The notes below the pieces were generated by a model, which did not search any database, was not told the DNA's origin, and saw only the letters and a program-made list of their open reading frames with translations. A program made the position numbers and the translations under genes. Shown piece after piece: positions 34,934 to 45,608 of a stretch of DNA of 64,000 bases (position 1 is the stretch's first letter; each line of letters starts with the position of its first letter). The stretch comes from a virus, in the IMG/VR virus record IMGVR_UViG_3300005253_000186, positions 1 through 64,000 of that record; one strand, given 5' to 3'.

Positions 34934-35494
34934 TTATCCCACATATTTGCGCCATACAGACCTGCTCTTGACCTTGATCTGGAGCATGGCCATTGGGTCA
35001 GGCCTGACTGGCTTCCTGCGCAGTTTCATGCCGGCCTCGCCTGGTGTTTGGTCGGCCTTGTCAGAATTGCATGGCGAGCAGGACGTGACACAGTTGATCC
35101 AGGAGGTCCTTCCGCCCTGGGCCTTGGGCGTCACGTGGTCGATGGTCACGCCTTCCCGCCCAGGCTGGCTGCCGCAGTACTGGCAGGTGTACTTGTCGCG
35201 CTTGAAGATTGAGTACTTGGAGAAGTTCCTGCCCATCTTGGGTATCTCCCCGTACTCCGTCAGAACGATGGCCTCGGGGACCTGAACGTCATAGCTGGTG
35301 GTCTTGACGAACGGCATGCCAGGATCGACTCCGCGCTCAACCCAGGAGCCAAACCTATGCGTGCTGTAATCCCTGCCGTCGACGGCCACTGCCTTCCCGC
35401 AGTACATCTTCACCATCGCTTCGCTGGCCGGCTCTACGCTAACTGGCCTCCATCCTTTATTAAGAATGAGCACGGGTTCGTCCAGGGGTCTCAT
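34934..35494 (-). CDS. HNH endonuclease
   Basis: VLILN..W.P; IFKRDKYTCQYCG...TIDHVTPKAQGG..SWINCVTSCSPCNSDK. Confidence 0.9.
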   Translation of the reverse strand: MRPLDEPVLILNKGWRPVSVEPASEAMVKMYCGKAVAVDGRDYSTHRFGSWVERGVDPGMPFVKTTSYDVQVPEAIVLTEYGEIPKMGRNFSKYSIFKRDKYTCQYCGSQPGREGVTIDHVTPKAQGGRTSWINCVTSCSPCNSDKADQTPGEAGMKLRRKPVRPDPMAMLQIKVKSRSVWRKYVG

Positions 35495-36151
35495 CTTGCC
35501 CTCCTTTCTTCGGGTTTATATATAGAGGTCCGTCGAGCCTTTTCTCGCGTCGGCAAAGCATCGTCCGCGGTCCACGTCCCGGTTCGGGGGCTGCCTTTTT
35601 ACAGGGCCCGCAGGCTACGTCTTTTTTCAGTTCCGGCCGGACCTCAATGTGTCGGTTCTCCTCCGCAGCCTCCGTCTCCGATGTTCTTGCGATACCACTT
35701 GGCAAATTCATCATAGTTGATCCAGTGCACATAATCATGCTTGCACTTGGGGCAGACAGTCTGCCCGGGGCCACCTTCCGTAATGTACTCCACGGGATCA
35801 GTGTCTGGCTTTGGCAGGATCCGGTAGTCTTCCCATTTGAATTTACAGTCGTAGCACTCGTACCAGCAAGGCGGAAATGTCTTCTGGGTCTGCTGTTTCG
35901 CCCTCTTTCTCTTAGCCATTACTCGGCGTCGTGTATTGGTGCGCCGCCACACGCCATGGATATTACTCGCTGGGTCATGACTTGAATATCAATCTTCTCG
36001 CTCGAATTTGTCAGATGGTGTTGCAGCAAGTCGTAGATTCTGCCGAACTCGTCTCCTGGATCATCTTTTGGGGTTCCATGGTCTTCGAATTGAAACATAG
36101 TCGTTTTTTCGACAATTACTTCGATCTTCATATTATCTCCCTGGACGTGGT

Positions 36152-36236
36152 TGGTGAGGGCGGTGGGATTCGAACCCACAAGGCCGAAGCCAGCCGGTCT
36201 TAAACCGGCCGTGTCTGCCAATTGCACCACGCCCCC
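36152..36236 (-). tRNA. tRNA-Leu(TAA)
   Basis: GCCGG-TT TAA GA-CCGGC, long variable arm, ACCA. Confidence 0.9.
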
Positions 36237-36467
36237 AGCGTCTTTGCCTGTTAGACTACTGGCCCTTCTTTCCAGTGGCTTCCGTCGTGTGCGTTGTAAA
36301 CAAGTGAGCCTCAACCGCCGAAATCGCTTGGTGCTGCTCCTTCATCATGTCAATGAGAGTCTCGTCTCCATCCGTAAGGCTCTCGTCCAGAGCGTTCTCG
36401 CGAGCGAGATCCAGGACGACTGCCAAAGCTTCTTCAAAGGTCATCGCAATCTCCTTATGGTTAAAAA

Positions 36468-36551
36468 TGGTGGGGCGAGACGGAGTCGAACCGCCAAAGC
36501 CGAAGCGTCTCGTTTACAGCGAGGTGGGCTCTCCACATGCCCAGTCGCCCC
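36468..36551 (-). tRNA. tRNA-Tyr(GTA)
   Basis: CTCG-CT GTA AA-CGAG, variable arm, ACCA. Confidence 0.85.
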
Positions 36552-36553
36552 AT

Positions 36554-36850
36554 GAAGCCCAGGAGGGTCGTAGCATCTACCCGGCAAGCAAGCCGGTGCA
36601 CATCACCCCAATACGGGCAGACGAGCTGTAGGCTGCCCCCTGGACTTCGGTTTGGGTGGCCTCCGGGTCATAGCATCGCTTCCACTGGTTTCCCTCGCCG
36701 GGAAGAGCTTCTGCGGCTACCCTTCGGCCATAGTTAATAAGTAACAGTCTCGGGATCATGGCATCGCGGCATTGGACCTTTCAAGGATCCAATGTTACCC
36801 TGGCTCCACGGGGTACAATTCCCGTTGCCTGGCGGCTCCCCCGAGACTGT
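36554..36850 (-). ncRNA. Three tandem small structured RNAs (36554-36648, 36657-36730, 36744-36850) sharing a double-bulged helix motif
   Basis: Each is closed by a terminal stem and carries GGGN-AGC-CNN ... NNG-AT-GCY-AYG-AYCC; they lie between two tRNA genes. Confidence 0.65.
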
Positions 36851-36853
36851 ATC

Positions 36854-36932
36854 TGGTGTCCATGGAGGGAGTCGAACCCTCAAAATCTCCTGCCCCTCAA
36901 GCAGGCGGCTTTGCCAGTTTGCCCACACGGAC
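36854..36932 (-). tRNA. tRNA-Leu(GAG), short variable region
   Basis: CCTGC-TT GAG GG-GCAGG, ACCA. Confidence 0.85.
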
Positions 36933-36961
36933 ATTCTTTCTCCAACTAGACGAAGTGGCTT

Positions 36962-37414
36962 TTATTCGACCGTGATTGAAAAGACACAAGGGTCGCTTTC
37001 ATTCCCTTGGCTGTCTATTAAAATGACCGTGACAGAAGGGTCGGCGGCGTGTAGCCATGGATCATAGCCATTCTGCACCCAAATTAAATCGCCAGAGTCA
37101 ATATCAACAGATGGCCAGTTGTCGAACATTGGCACAGTAACGTTCACTATAAATTCAGTACCACCTTGAATATTTGTGGCCCATCCAGGAATAATATAAA
37201 CTGGGCTAGTTGCGCTCTGTGCGACTGTAATATCGCCTCCGCAGGTGAATGCTGGAGTTCCTGGTTCCGGAGTTGGCTCCGGTTCGGGGGCTGGGCCTGG
37301 GGCTGAAGGTTTTTGATGTGAATGACTATCCCACGGAGGATGTGCTAAGGGATATTTCTCACAACCAGTGAGAAGCACAAATCCGATTAACATCGTTAGC
37401 GTTTTCATTCTCAT
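36962..37414 (-). CDS. Putative lipoprotein with Pro-rich linker
   Basis: Signal peptide with lipobox LLTGC; PAPEPEPTPEP; locally lower GC. Confidence 0.65.
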   Translation of the reverse strand: MRMKTLTMLIGFVLLTGCEKYPLAHPPWDSHSHQKPSAPGPAPEPEPTPEPGTPAFTCGGDITVAQSATSPVYIIPGWATNIQGGTEFIVNVTVPMFDNWPSVDIDSGDLIWVQNGYDPWLHAADPSVTVILIDSQGNESDPCVFSITVE

Positions 37415-37764
37415 CTTTTTTCCTTAGGCTGGTGGCCAGGCTAATCTAGGGACGGCTTCGCCACACCCGCTACTTATCGTCTTCATCGTCCAGTGCCGCA
37501 AATAGTTCTGCCCATGGACCGTCTGCCGGCAGGATCATGATTATCGGGACTTCTGATTCACGAAGTGTGCCGTCCGGATCGATACCCTTTGCCTCCGATG
37601 TTACCATTTCTTGGGCAACGACCGTGTCTGTGTAAAGGAACTGGTCGTCTGAATCGTGCCCGCATGGCACGCTGACCTCAAGATCCTGGTCGTACTTTGA
37701 CAGTAAGCTGATAAGAGCTTTGACTTTCATGTGAAATCCTCCTGGTGATCTTATACCAGGAACA

Positions 37765-37840
37765 TGGTCCGGCAGGGTGGAATCGAACCACCGACCTGTC
37801 GCTTATAAGACGACCGCTCTTACCCCTGAGCTACTGCCGG
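37765..37840 (-). tRNA. tRNA-Ile(TAT)
   Basis: GTCGT-CT TAT AA-GCGAC, canonical D and T arms, ACCA. Confidence 0.9.
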
Positions 37841-38241
37841 ATCCTTTCGAGCCCAATGTTGCCACGCCTTGCCATTTAGATCGTCATCCTGAGATGCGAT
37901 CATCAAGTATCCGACAACATAACTGATAAATGTGTCTGGTTCAATGTACGTCCCCTGGAATCTTCTTGATGGATATGGGCAGTTGCCCGCACCCACAGGG
38001 TGCCCGTCCCAGAGGATATTGGTCCCGCATTCTGGACAATATCGACTGGCGCTAGGGAGAAAAGGTGTCTTCCCATAGACCAAGTCGCCGGAAGCTCCCT
38101 CTAGGCCCCCGTTCCCATTTGGCCTAATGTCTTCAGTGACGATGCATCTTGGCCGGAGGCATTTTGGACAGAGGACGATGGACCCGGCCGGGATGGAGTT
38201 CCTTTTACCATGCTGCAAACCGGCTAGGCTAACCGTCTTGA

Positions 38242-38637
38242 TCACCCCAAGTACTTCGAGTTCGAGGCAGACCAGGCTTCCTTCCAGCCCCACTGATCCT
38301 GGACATACTCGCGGAACTGGTTGTCACTGAGCTTGATCTCGTCATCCGATGACATTTTGAGCATCTGGATGATTCTTTCGTACTCCTCGGTGTGGTCCTC
38401 GGGCTCCTCGAACAGGACGTTTGTGATTGCCTGGGTGTGGCGATGGCCATGTCCACGGTCCGCCTTGACGGTAGTGAGATCGCCCTCTTTTGCGCCCGCC
38501 GCTACCTTGTCGGCTTCTTCGGCGACTTCCTTGAGCCATCCCTTGCGGGCCTTCTTGAAGTCCTCTCCGTGCTTATCGCGGTTCTCGGTCAGCTTTTCAA
38601 GAAGATCATACTTCTTGAAGTTCATTGAGAAACTCAT
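38242..38637 (-). CDS. Hypothetical phage protein
   Basis: SD and ATGA coupling with the upstream ORF. Confidence 0.7.
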   Translation of the reverse strand: MSFSMNFKKYDLLEKLTENRDKHGEDFKKARKGWLKEVAEEADKVAAGAKEGDLTTVKADRGHGHRHTQAITNVLFEEPEDHTEEYERIIQMLKMSSDDEIKLSDNQFREYVQDQWGWKEAWSASNSKYLG

Positions 38638-38834
38638 CTGCTTACTCCCTTTTGTTTGTATTGGTTTTTGCGGTGGCGCTTCCAGGAGCGATCTTCAATA
38701 TCGCTGCGCCATTGATCATCCCAGGCCGTCGGTATCATCCTGGGGGTCCTCTTGCCTCGGACAGGCCAGTCCTGATTTGCCGCTCGTTCCTGATGAGTCC
38801 GAGGGTACTTCAGCATATCCTTGATTCTTCCCAT
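38634..38834 (-). CDS. Small basic protein (..PTAWDD...RSWKRHRKNQYK)
   Basis: AGGAGG SD inside a hairpin; preceded by a leader ORF. Confidence 0.7.
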   Translation of the reverse strand: MGRIKDMLKYPRTHQERAANQDWPVRGKRTPRMIPTAWDDQWRSDIEDRSWKRHRKNQYKQKGVSR

Positions 38835-38857
38835 GGTTCATCCTCCTAGTGTGGTCA

Positions 38858-38884
38858 CTAGGGAGGATGGGCTGATTCAAACAT
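38858..38884 (-). promoter_or_regulatory. Candidate leader peptide MFESAHPP* overlapping an SD-sequestering hairpin
   Basis: AAGGAG-N6-ATG TTT GAA TCA GCC CAT CCT CCC TAG; CATCCTCCCTAGTG pairs with CACTAGGAGGATG. Confidence 0.5.
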
Positions 38885-38900
38885 CACAGTCTCCTTGAGT

Positions 38901-38977
38901 TGGTACTCCCGGCAGGATTCGAACCTGCAATTAACTGCTTTAGAAGAGCAGCGCCTTTCCTATTAGACCACGGGAGC
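38901..38977 (-). tRNA. tRNA-Arg(TCT)
   Basis: CTGCT-CT TCT AA-AGCAG, ACCA. Confidence 0.9.
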
Positions 38978-39295
38978 TACTATTTTTCTATCACGAACAG
39001 ACGAATCTTATGACCGACACGTCCTCGGGTAGTTGTGTCGTGTCGACCTCGAAACCCGTCGATTCTTTCTCGCTGTACTTCTTCAGCCATGGCGGGAGCT
39101 CTTTTTTCTCCGCACACTGCGACCAGCACCCCGCCTCCACCCCTGATTCGTCGGGTGGCTCTCTATTGAAGAACTTGTCGACTTCCTTGGGCGGCTCGAT
39201 TCCGGCCTCTTCACACGAATCCCAGACGGCTTTCATCTTCTTCCACTTCTCGTTGGGTGGCTTAAACGCCTCAACATGCATCGACATTATTCCCA

Positions 39296-40435
39296 TCAGC
39301 GTCTCCCTCTCGATTCTGTTGGTCTCGCAACAGTGTTTTCTCTGCGCGGGCCGCGGAGTTGGTTACCGGACTGGAACCCGGTTGTCCGATTGGTTCCGAG
39401 ATGCTGGGACTCGTTTTTGTCTTCGGCAATATCATAGATCTCGGCGATGCTGAACCTGTCCCCCCTGAAGTCCCCATCACCCGTCCAGGTCTTCTTGCTG
39501 TTTATCTTGGAAGCAAGGTCCATCGCCTGAGCCCGATTCAACTTGACGAACGCCCTGTTAGCGTAGCACCGCCCAGGACGGATTAGGGCCTCGTCGATCT
39601 CGTTCATAGACAGGTTTGTGGTCATGATGATCTTCTTGTCGTCGCAGCGAATGAATCCATCTGACGCGGACAGGAACTTGTGCATCAGATTATTGCCTTC
39701 TTTCCGCGGAGCCAGGAAGGCATCAATATCCTCCAGGATCATGAACTTGTGGTCGCCAACCATGAACGAGATGAAGAATGACTCCTGGGTCTCTAAAAGA
39801 TTCATGTCTGACGTGTACATTACGCCTGCTTCACCATCGTTCATCAAGGCGTACTTCATGACAATGTATCGGATCAGGCGGCTCTTCCCGGTCCCGGGAG
39901 GCCCAGTGAGGATCATGATTGGACTCTTGCTTCTGAAGTATCCGCTTATGAACGCATCGAGATCGTCGATCTCGGGATATGCTTCTGGATGGACCTTCTC
40001 CTTGATGATCTCCGTCAGTTCGTGTGAGTCCATGCCGTTGCGTCCCATGAAGTACCAGTAGACCGAGGCCTGGACAATCCCTTCGAGATTAGCGACATGG
40101 TCCTTGAACACCTCTCTGACCGACTTCCTGATCCCCTCGCAACTGTCGATATTGCAGTAGATGGTGAAATAGAGTTCTGTCAGCCCGTCTGTGTGCCTGA
40201 CACTCGTCTGCATGATGTAGTCTTTGCAGAGCCACTGAAGGTCTTCTCCATCGAATACGGGCTCGCCCATTGTTCTGACAATCTTGTCGATGGATTCTGA
40301 AGAAATGTTCTTGAGAATAATACTGAAGCTGTCGCTCTGGTTGATCTTGTTTGTCTTGACGAAATCACCGATCGTCTCGTTCCCGATGTTGCTCATCACA
40401 TATGCTATGAGCTCGCCCTGGTTCATATTGATCAT
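39296..40435 (-). CDS. AAA+ ATPase
   Basis: Walker A GPPGTGKS, Walker B MILEDID, TTN, DEALIRPGR. Confidence 0.9.
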   Translation of the reverse strand: MINMNQGELIAYVMSNIGNETIGDFVKTNKINQSDSFSIILKNISSESIDKIVRTMGEPVFDGEDLQWLCKDYIMQTSVRHTDGLTELYFTIYCNIDSCEGIRKSVREVFKDHVANLEGIVQASVYWYFMGRNGMDSHELTEIIKEKVHPEAYPEIDDLDAFISGYFRSKSPIMILTGPPGTGKSRLIRYIVMKYALMNDGEAGVMYTSDMNLLETQESFFISFMVGDHKFMILEDIDAFLAPRKEGNNLMHKFLSASDGFIRCDDKKIIMTTNLSMNEIDEALIRPGRCYANRAFVKLNRAQAMDLASKINSKKTWTGDGDFRGDRFSIAEIYDIAEDKNESQHLGTNRTTGFQSGNQLRGPRRENTVARPTESRGRR

Positions 40436-40458
40436 ACGTTGCTTTCTCCCTGAAAGAT

Positions 40459-40535
40459 TGGTGGGCGCGGCGAGATTTGAACTCGCAACATCCTGTTCTT
40501 GAAACAGGCGACTCTGCCAGTTGGTCTACGCACCC
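40459..40535 (-). tRNA. tRNA-Leu(CAA), short variable loop
   Basis: CCTGT-TT CAA GA-ACAGG, ACCA. Confidence 0.85.
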
Positions 40536-40879
40536 TTATACCGCATGTGCCACGTTTCTGTTATTGACCTCATCGAGGAGTTCCTTGGCCGACTCTCTGT
40601 CCAGGCCGCAGTTCGTTAAGGCGCGGACAACTTCTTGCTCTGGATAATATTCTCTCTCTTGGCCCGCGAGCATGGCATACCCGCCGAAGATGGCGTTATC
40701 CTTGTCGTTGGCCTTGCCCAGGACGCAAGCAATTGGCGCAAGTCCAAACATCATGAGGTCGAAGCACCACGTGAAGTGAATGATCGGGATCGTGGCGGAC
40801 ACTATATCGTCATCTTCCAATCCAATGAAACTAACCCGGACGGGCTCTATGTCCCTGAGCATCGCGTCTCCTAAAATAT

Positions 40880-40954
40880 TGGTGGGCCCCCTCGGAGTTG
40901 CACCGAGATCAGCTCGATTAAAAGTCGAGAGTAATACTGTTATACTAGAGACCC
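40880..40954 (-). tRNA. tRNA-Lys(TTT)
   Basis: CTCGA-CT TTT AA-TCGAG; variant T-loop TGCAACT; ACCA. Confidence 0.85.
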
Positions 40955-41164
40955 TAATTGAAGAGGTTTTCGTTGGGTCCTTTCATCTTTTTCCTGGAGC
41001 ACTTCTGGGAGCAGTAGACCCTTCTGAACCATTCCCTCCCGCCGAGTTTCCTCCCGTTCTTCATATGGGGCCAGGGGAACTCCCTTTTGCAGGCCGGGCA
41101 GATCTTTGTGTCTGGAAGATTGGAGAATGGATTTTCCTTGGCCATGGCTGCTCCCTGGAATGAT

Positions 41165-41241
41165 TGGTTGGGCGGCTGAGGATTGAACTCAGGCTTCCAG
41201 CTTATCGGACTGGCGTGCAGAAACCACTACACTACCGCCCA
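41165..41241 (-). tRNA. tRNA-Ile(GAT)
   Basis: CCAGT-CC GAT AA-GCTGG (C33), ACCA. Confidence 0.85.
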
Positions 41242-42141
41242 GCTTCTTTCATCTTTAGCTCCACAAGCATTGTAGTGATAGAGACGAGATTTGCAAATTG
41301 TTGATCGGCATGCCCGCGAACTTCTTCTCTGATCTCCCGCATGACCGCACGCCACCAGGACATGCCGTTTCGCCGGCGCCAGCGCTTCTTGATCTTCCAC
41401 TCCCAGTGGACCCTTTTCCTCTTGAACTGGCGCCTTTGCTGTCCGGGAAGCCTTACGACAGGCCCAAGAACCAGTCGAATGGGCCTCTGCACCAGGGCGA
41501 ACCTGATGAAGTTATTGATCCTCCACTCCAGGATCAGCCTGTCGAACGCCGAGTTCCTCATCCATCTGACGCATGGCCTCTCGCATGCTGCCTCCGACTG
41601 CCCTGAAGTCATCGCCAATCTCCTCTCCGACTGATTTGCGTCTCTTGAGTTCGTTTTCGTGTTTCCGCAAGAGGCTTTTCATATTGGCCCTGAGCCCAGC
41701 GCCGCCAAAGTCCAGGAGCGAGCCCATGCCATGCAGAATGGCCCTTAATTTGGATCTCATCTTATACCCTCATAGTCAACGAAGAATCTCAGTCTGTGCC
41801 CAAGACTCGGGTCAAGGCTCCCCTCGCTACATGCGAAATGGGGAGGCATCTCAAAGAACACCGCCGTGTTTTGGACGACGTACTTCTCGCACTCTGGGCA
41901 TGACCAGCATGGCTGACCTTTGACGAGATGTAGCTGGTCTGGCGATCTTCCATCCAGCGTTGTGATGAACTGCCTCGGTATTCCATGATAGCCGGTGTAT
42001 GGTTGGAGACTGGCTAAGTCCGCGGTCATCCGCCAAATCGGCATCTCGCAGTGGCCGCAAATGATGATCGAACCGGCGTAAATGTTAATTCCTCTGTGGA
42101 TGCGGAACAGGGTTTGCTTCAGCATGATCCCTCCATAAAGC

Positions 42142-42218
42142 TGGCGTTCCCGGAAGGACTCGAACCTTCAGTCTCTACCTCCGGAGGGTAGCGCCGTATC
42201 CAATTAGGCTACGGGAAC
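42142..42218 (-). tRNA. tRNA-Arg(CCG)
   Basis: CTACC-CT CCG GA-GGTAG, GCCA. Confidence 0.9.
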
Positions 42219-42219
42219 G

Positions 42220-42305
42220 TGGTGACCTCGGCAGGACTCGAACCTGCAATGGCTTTCGCCGCCGGATTAGGAATCCGGTTCCATCTCCTTTAGGATCACG
42301 AGGTC
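42220..42305 (-). tRNA. tRNA-Arg(CCT) with long variable arm
   Basis: CCGGA-TT CCT AA-TCCGG followed by a GGC-GAAA-GCC arm; ACCA. Confidence 0.8.
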
Positions 42306-42311
42306 AGAATA

Positions 42312-42752
42312 CTACGAGTACGGCAAACCTTTAGACCTACACTCATCGCGCCATCTTCGCCTGCGTTTGTTCACGCAGTCATTGCATTCATGCGCATACC
42401 CGTACCTCCTAGTGCGATTTCTGGAGAAGATCTTTTTGTCCCTGTAGGTCTTACACCTGCCGCACCAAAGCTGGTTTCCTTTCGGAGGCTTTGCTACCTC
42501 ATCTGCTGTCTTCTTCCGATGGCAGATGAGGCACAGGATCTGGCACTTCGCCAGTTCCTTTCTGCGCTTAGCCTTTGACCAAGACCACACGCCGTGACTG
42601 ACCTTTGTCACCCGGTCGATGTGATCCACGTTAAGGCCGTCCCAAGACCCGCACTGAGCGCAAGGACCGTTTTCTTCCAGCCATTCGCGCCGGGCCTTCG
42701 CAACCCGCTCGCGTTGGTACTTGCGTTGCTTCTCGGGATCTTTGTACGGCAT
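42312..42752 (-). CDS. HNH endonuclease (free-standing, homing-type)
   Basis: CAQCG...LNVDHID...ELAKCQILCLICH plus C-terminal CGRC..CNDC. Confidence 0.85.
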   Translation of the reverse strand: MPYKDPEKQRKYQRERVAKARREWLEENGPCAQCGSWDGLNVDHIDRVTKVSHGVWSWSKAKRRKELAKCQILCLICHRKKTADEVAKPPKGNQLWCGRCKTYRDKKIFSRNRTRRYGYAHECNDCVNKRRRRWRDECRSKGLPYS

Positions 42753-42758
42753 GCGGAT

Positions 42759-42787
42759 ACAGTACCGCGAGGCGTACCATAAGTCAA
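42759..42787 (-). promoter_or_regulatory. sigma70-like promoter TTGACT-N17-TACTGT, 6 nt before the HNH ATG
   Basis: Direct sequence match and spacing. Confidence 0.6.
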
Positions 42788-42811
42788 GTACTATCCGTTA
42801 CACCATAGGCG

Positions 42812-45088
42812 CTACAGCAAGTTCCAGATTTTGTTCCCGAGGCTACACTCGTACTTGGCCAAGCACATGGGGCAGCGAAGAATGTCGTCGTGCCTGGTGC
42901 CGGGACGAGGGAACGCTATGTCGACTAGATCCGTCGCCACGCCTGATTTCACGGGAGTATAGGTGGTCTTCACTACAACCTTTCGGAGTGGGTGGAAGAC
43001 CGACTTGGTGTCGTAGTAGCCACAGATCATGCAGGTGAGATCGGCCTCCATGTACGAGAGATATGTTTCGATGAACGGGTATTCAATCGTCTTCAGCGGC
43101 TGCATCGAGTCGCGCCTCCCGCTCCTCCATGGCCTCCAGAAGCTCGTCGAAGTTCTCGCCCTTCGCTGCGGATACTCCGGCCCGTTCTGAGCCGTAAAAC
43201 TCGAGCACCTTCGCCTTAACCAGGGCTATATCTAACTTCCCGGATAGTTTCGAGGGTGCCCCAGAAATCGAGTTCGGTCCCGAGAAGATAAAGGAACTGT
43301 CGTCTTTCAACAACGGACCTGGATCTAAAAGTGATCTGAAGTTTGTCTTTGGGCATATCCGGTCCTCCAAGAAGTTCTTGAGTCTTATACCCAGAGACCC
43401 TCCCAGTGATGCGTGGCAGTCCGGGCACTTCTTTCCGTGGCCTTTGTCAAACCTGATGTATCCGCAGACATGGCATTCGGCCCAGAAGTGGGCTGGGATC
43501 GACATGCCGTTGAGATTGAGTGTTTTCATCAGAAGTACCTCGTTTCCATGACGTAAGCCCCAGCGTCTTCGTAGTGGACCTTACACATGAAGTTCCAGAG
43601 AGTTCTTCCGAACGTGCACGGGAAAAGAACCCCGCACGTTGGGCACATGAACTGTCGGTATTCTCCTACTGTCGGGTCTTCCAGGAACTCAGCAAGTGGC
43701 CCATTCCGATCGCAGACCATGCACTTGATCCATCGGCCCAGGGCGCCCGCGGTCCATATCTCGAACGGGTAGATCTCTTTCAGCTCGTCTCTATCCTTAC
43801 CTTTCTTTCTCATAGGAATTCCTCGCCAGATAGTTCTGGATCATGCTCCCTACGCCCCTTTCTTCCACGGCCATACAGCTAGGACAGTCAAGTCTACAAT
43901 ATGGACCGTCGGAAAACGTGGTCCAGCAAACACTACATACGATGTTCATATTCGTAATCGTGAAGGGGTATCGCTCTTCATACATTAACTTAGATTCGAT
44001 CTCATGAAAGTCCATCATCGTACTCGCTATCTTCCGGTTCATAAGCCGCTCCCGCCATGAAGTTGAACAGCCTTCTCCCGAAGCTCTGGTCTTCGACAGC
44101 CCCGCAGTTCGGACACACCATCTCCGAATGCTGATGGACCCAATTTCTTCCGAACTCCCAGGCGTGTCCGCCCGTCATGCAGGCTAGGCAAATTATGGTC
44201 CCCGGCGCGCCGCTCGTGAATGGGAGATTCACATCCGGGTCCGGCCTTGTTCTAGTGGCAGTCATAGGCCATCTCCATCAGGAAGTTCAAGATCCTTCCG
44301 CCAAGGCATTTCGGGACGCTGGCTCCACAGGATGGACATTTCATCTTGCCCAGATCTGCATAGCTGTCCCACCTATAGGTTGGACTCTCCCATCTACTCG
44401 ACCTCGGAAAGAAATATTGGGAAGGGTGTATGTCGTCGCAAATGCCGCATACGACATAAAGCATCTTGGGGCCAGTAGTAGTCTTAAACGGGTGCGGCAA
44501 CTCGACGTGGATATACGTTGGCACGGGCCGACTCCCCTATCATGAAGTTCATAAGTTTCCTGCCCAAGCTTCTGCTCTTCTTGGCGCCACAGAGCGGGCA
44601 GACCATGACCTCGGCCGGATCTTCGAGTCGCGATCCGGGCACCATATGTTTCAGCCAATCTGGGCCTGCGCCTGTTAGGCCCTTGCTGGCATCGATTCCG
44701 AATATCTCGGAGGCATAACTTACCCGGCCACAGGCCCGGCAGAGGATGAGGTTGCGCGATCCGCTCGTCGCGAACGGGTACGGAAGCGCTACAGCATAGT
44801 CGCTCACAACGGACTCCCGGCCATGAGGTTGATGATCTTGTTCCCGGTGGTCACGTCGGATTTGGCTCCACACTTCGGACAGAGCATGTCCGCGGCGCTA
44901 AATCCGTATCGGTCTGAAACCCTGAGGATCTCGATCAAGTGCGTGGACATGGTAGTAGATAGGTGGTGGTCATTTAACTTGTCTCCGAAGAACTGAGCTG
45001 CGTAGCTCTTTAGGCCGCAGATGTGGCACATGACGATGTTTTTCCACCCATCCTGCCAGAATGGCTCCGGAATCTCTATTTCAAACAC
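42812..45088 (-). other. Tandem array of 8 small Zn-ribbon CDSs with CPxC...(S/T)-(L/F)-G-x-x-(I/L)-x-N-F motif, mostly C-terminal (ORF 41757-42125 is related)
   Basis: CSLGNKIWNLL, GSLGIRLKNFL, TFGRTLWNFM, GVGSMIQNYL, SFGRRLFNFM, CLGGRILNFL, SLGRKLMNFM, TTGNKIINLM. Confidence 0.75.
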
Positions 45089-45107
45089 AGCGTCCTCCTT
45101 GAAAAGT

Positions 45108-45183
45108 TGGTAGGGCCACCTGGACTCGAACCAGGATTAAGAGATTCGTAATCTCTCGTGTTCTCCAGTTACACTATGGCCCC
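45108..45183 (-). tRNA. tRNA-Arg(ACG)
   Basis: AGAGA-TT ACG AA-TCTCT, ACCA. Confidence 0.9.
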
Positions 45184-45608
45184 GCGCTTTCGATTCAAAG
45201 GCTTGTAGCCGGGCAGGGATTTGAGGTAGAGATAGATGGCCGTGCGGTTGGACTTGCAAGGGAAGAATCCGGAGATCTTGTCTATGGAGCAACCCTTGGC
45301 TCTGAGCTCTTGGATGAACTTTTTGTCGTGATCGTCAAGCGACGTGAAGGAGTTCTTCTTGGGTTGCTTTCCATCTTTCATTGTGCCGGCCCTTGCGATA
45401 GAAGACCTTCCCGAAATGGCAGATCTGGCAGCGAGTCTTGCCGCAATCATATGGACTGTGCGCAGAGAGGCGGCTCCTCTTCTCCAGAAGCTGCTCATAC
45501 CAGTCATCGTCCTGGGAAAGATCCCTAACAAGTCTCAGCCTGTTCTCGATGACTCTTTCTTTTTGGTGCCGTCTCCACGCTCTCGTTCTGCCCATGGGTT
45601 CTCCGAGT

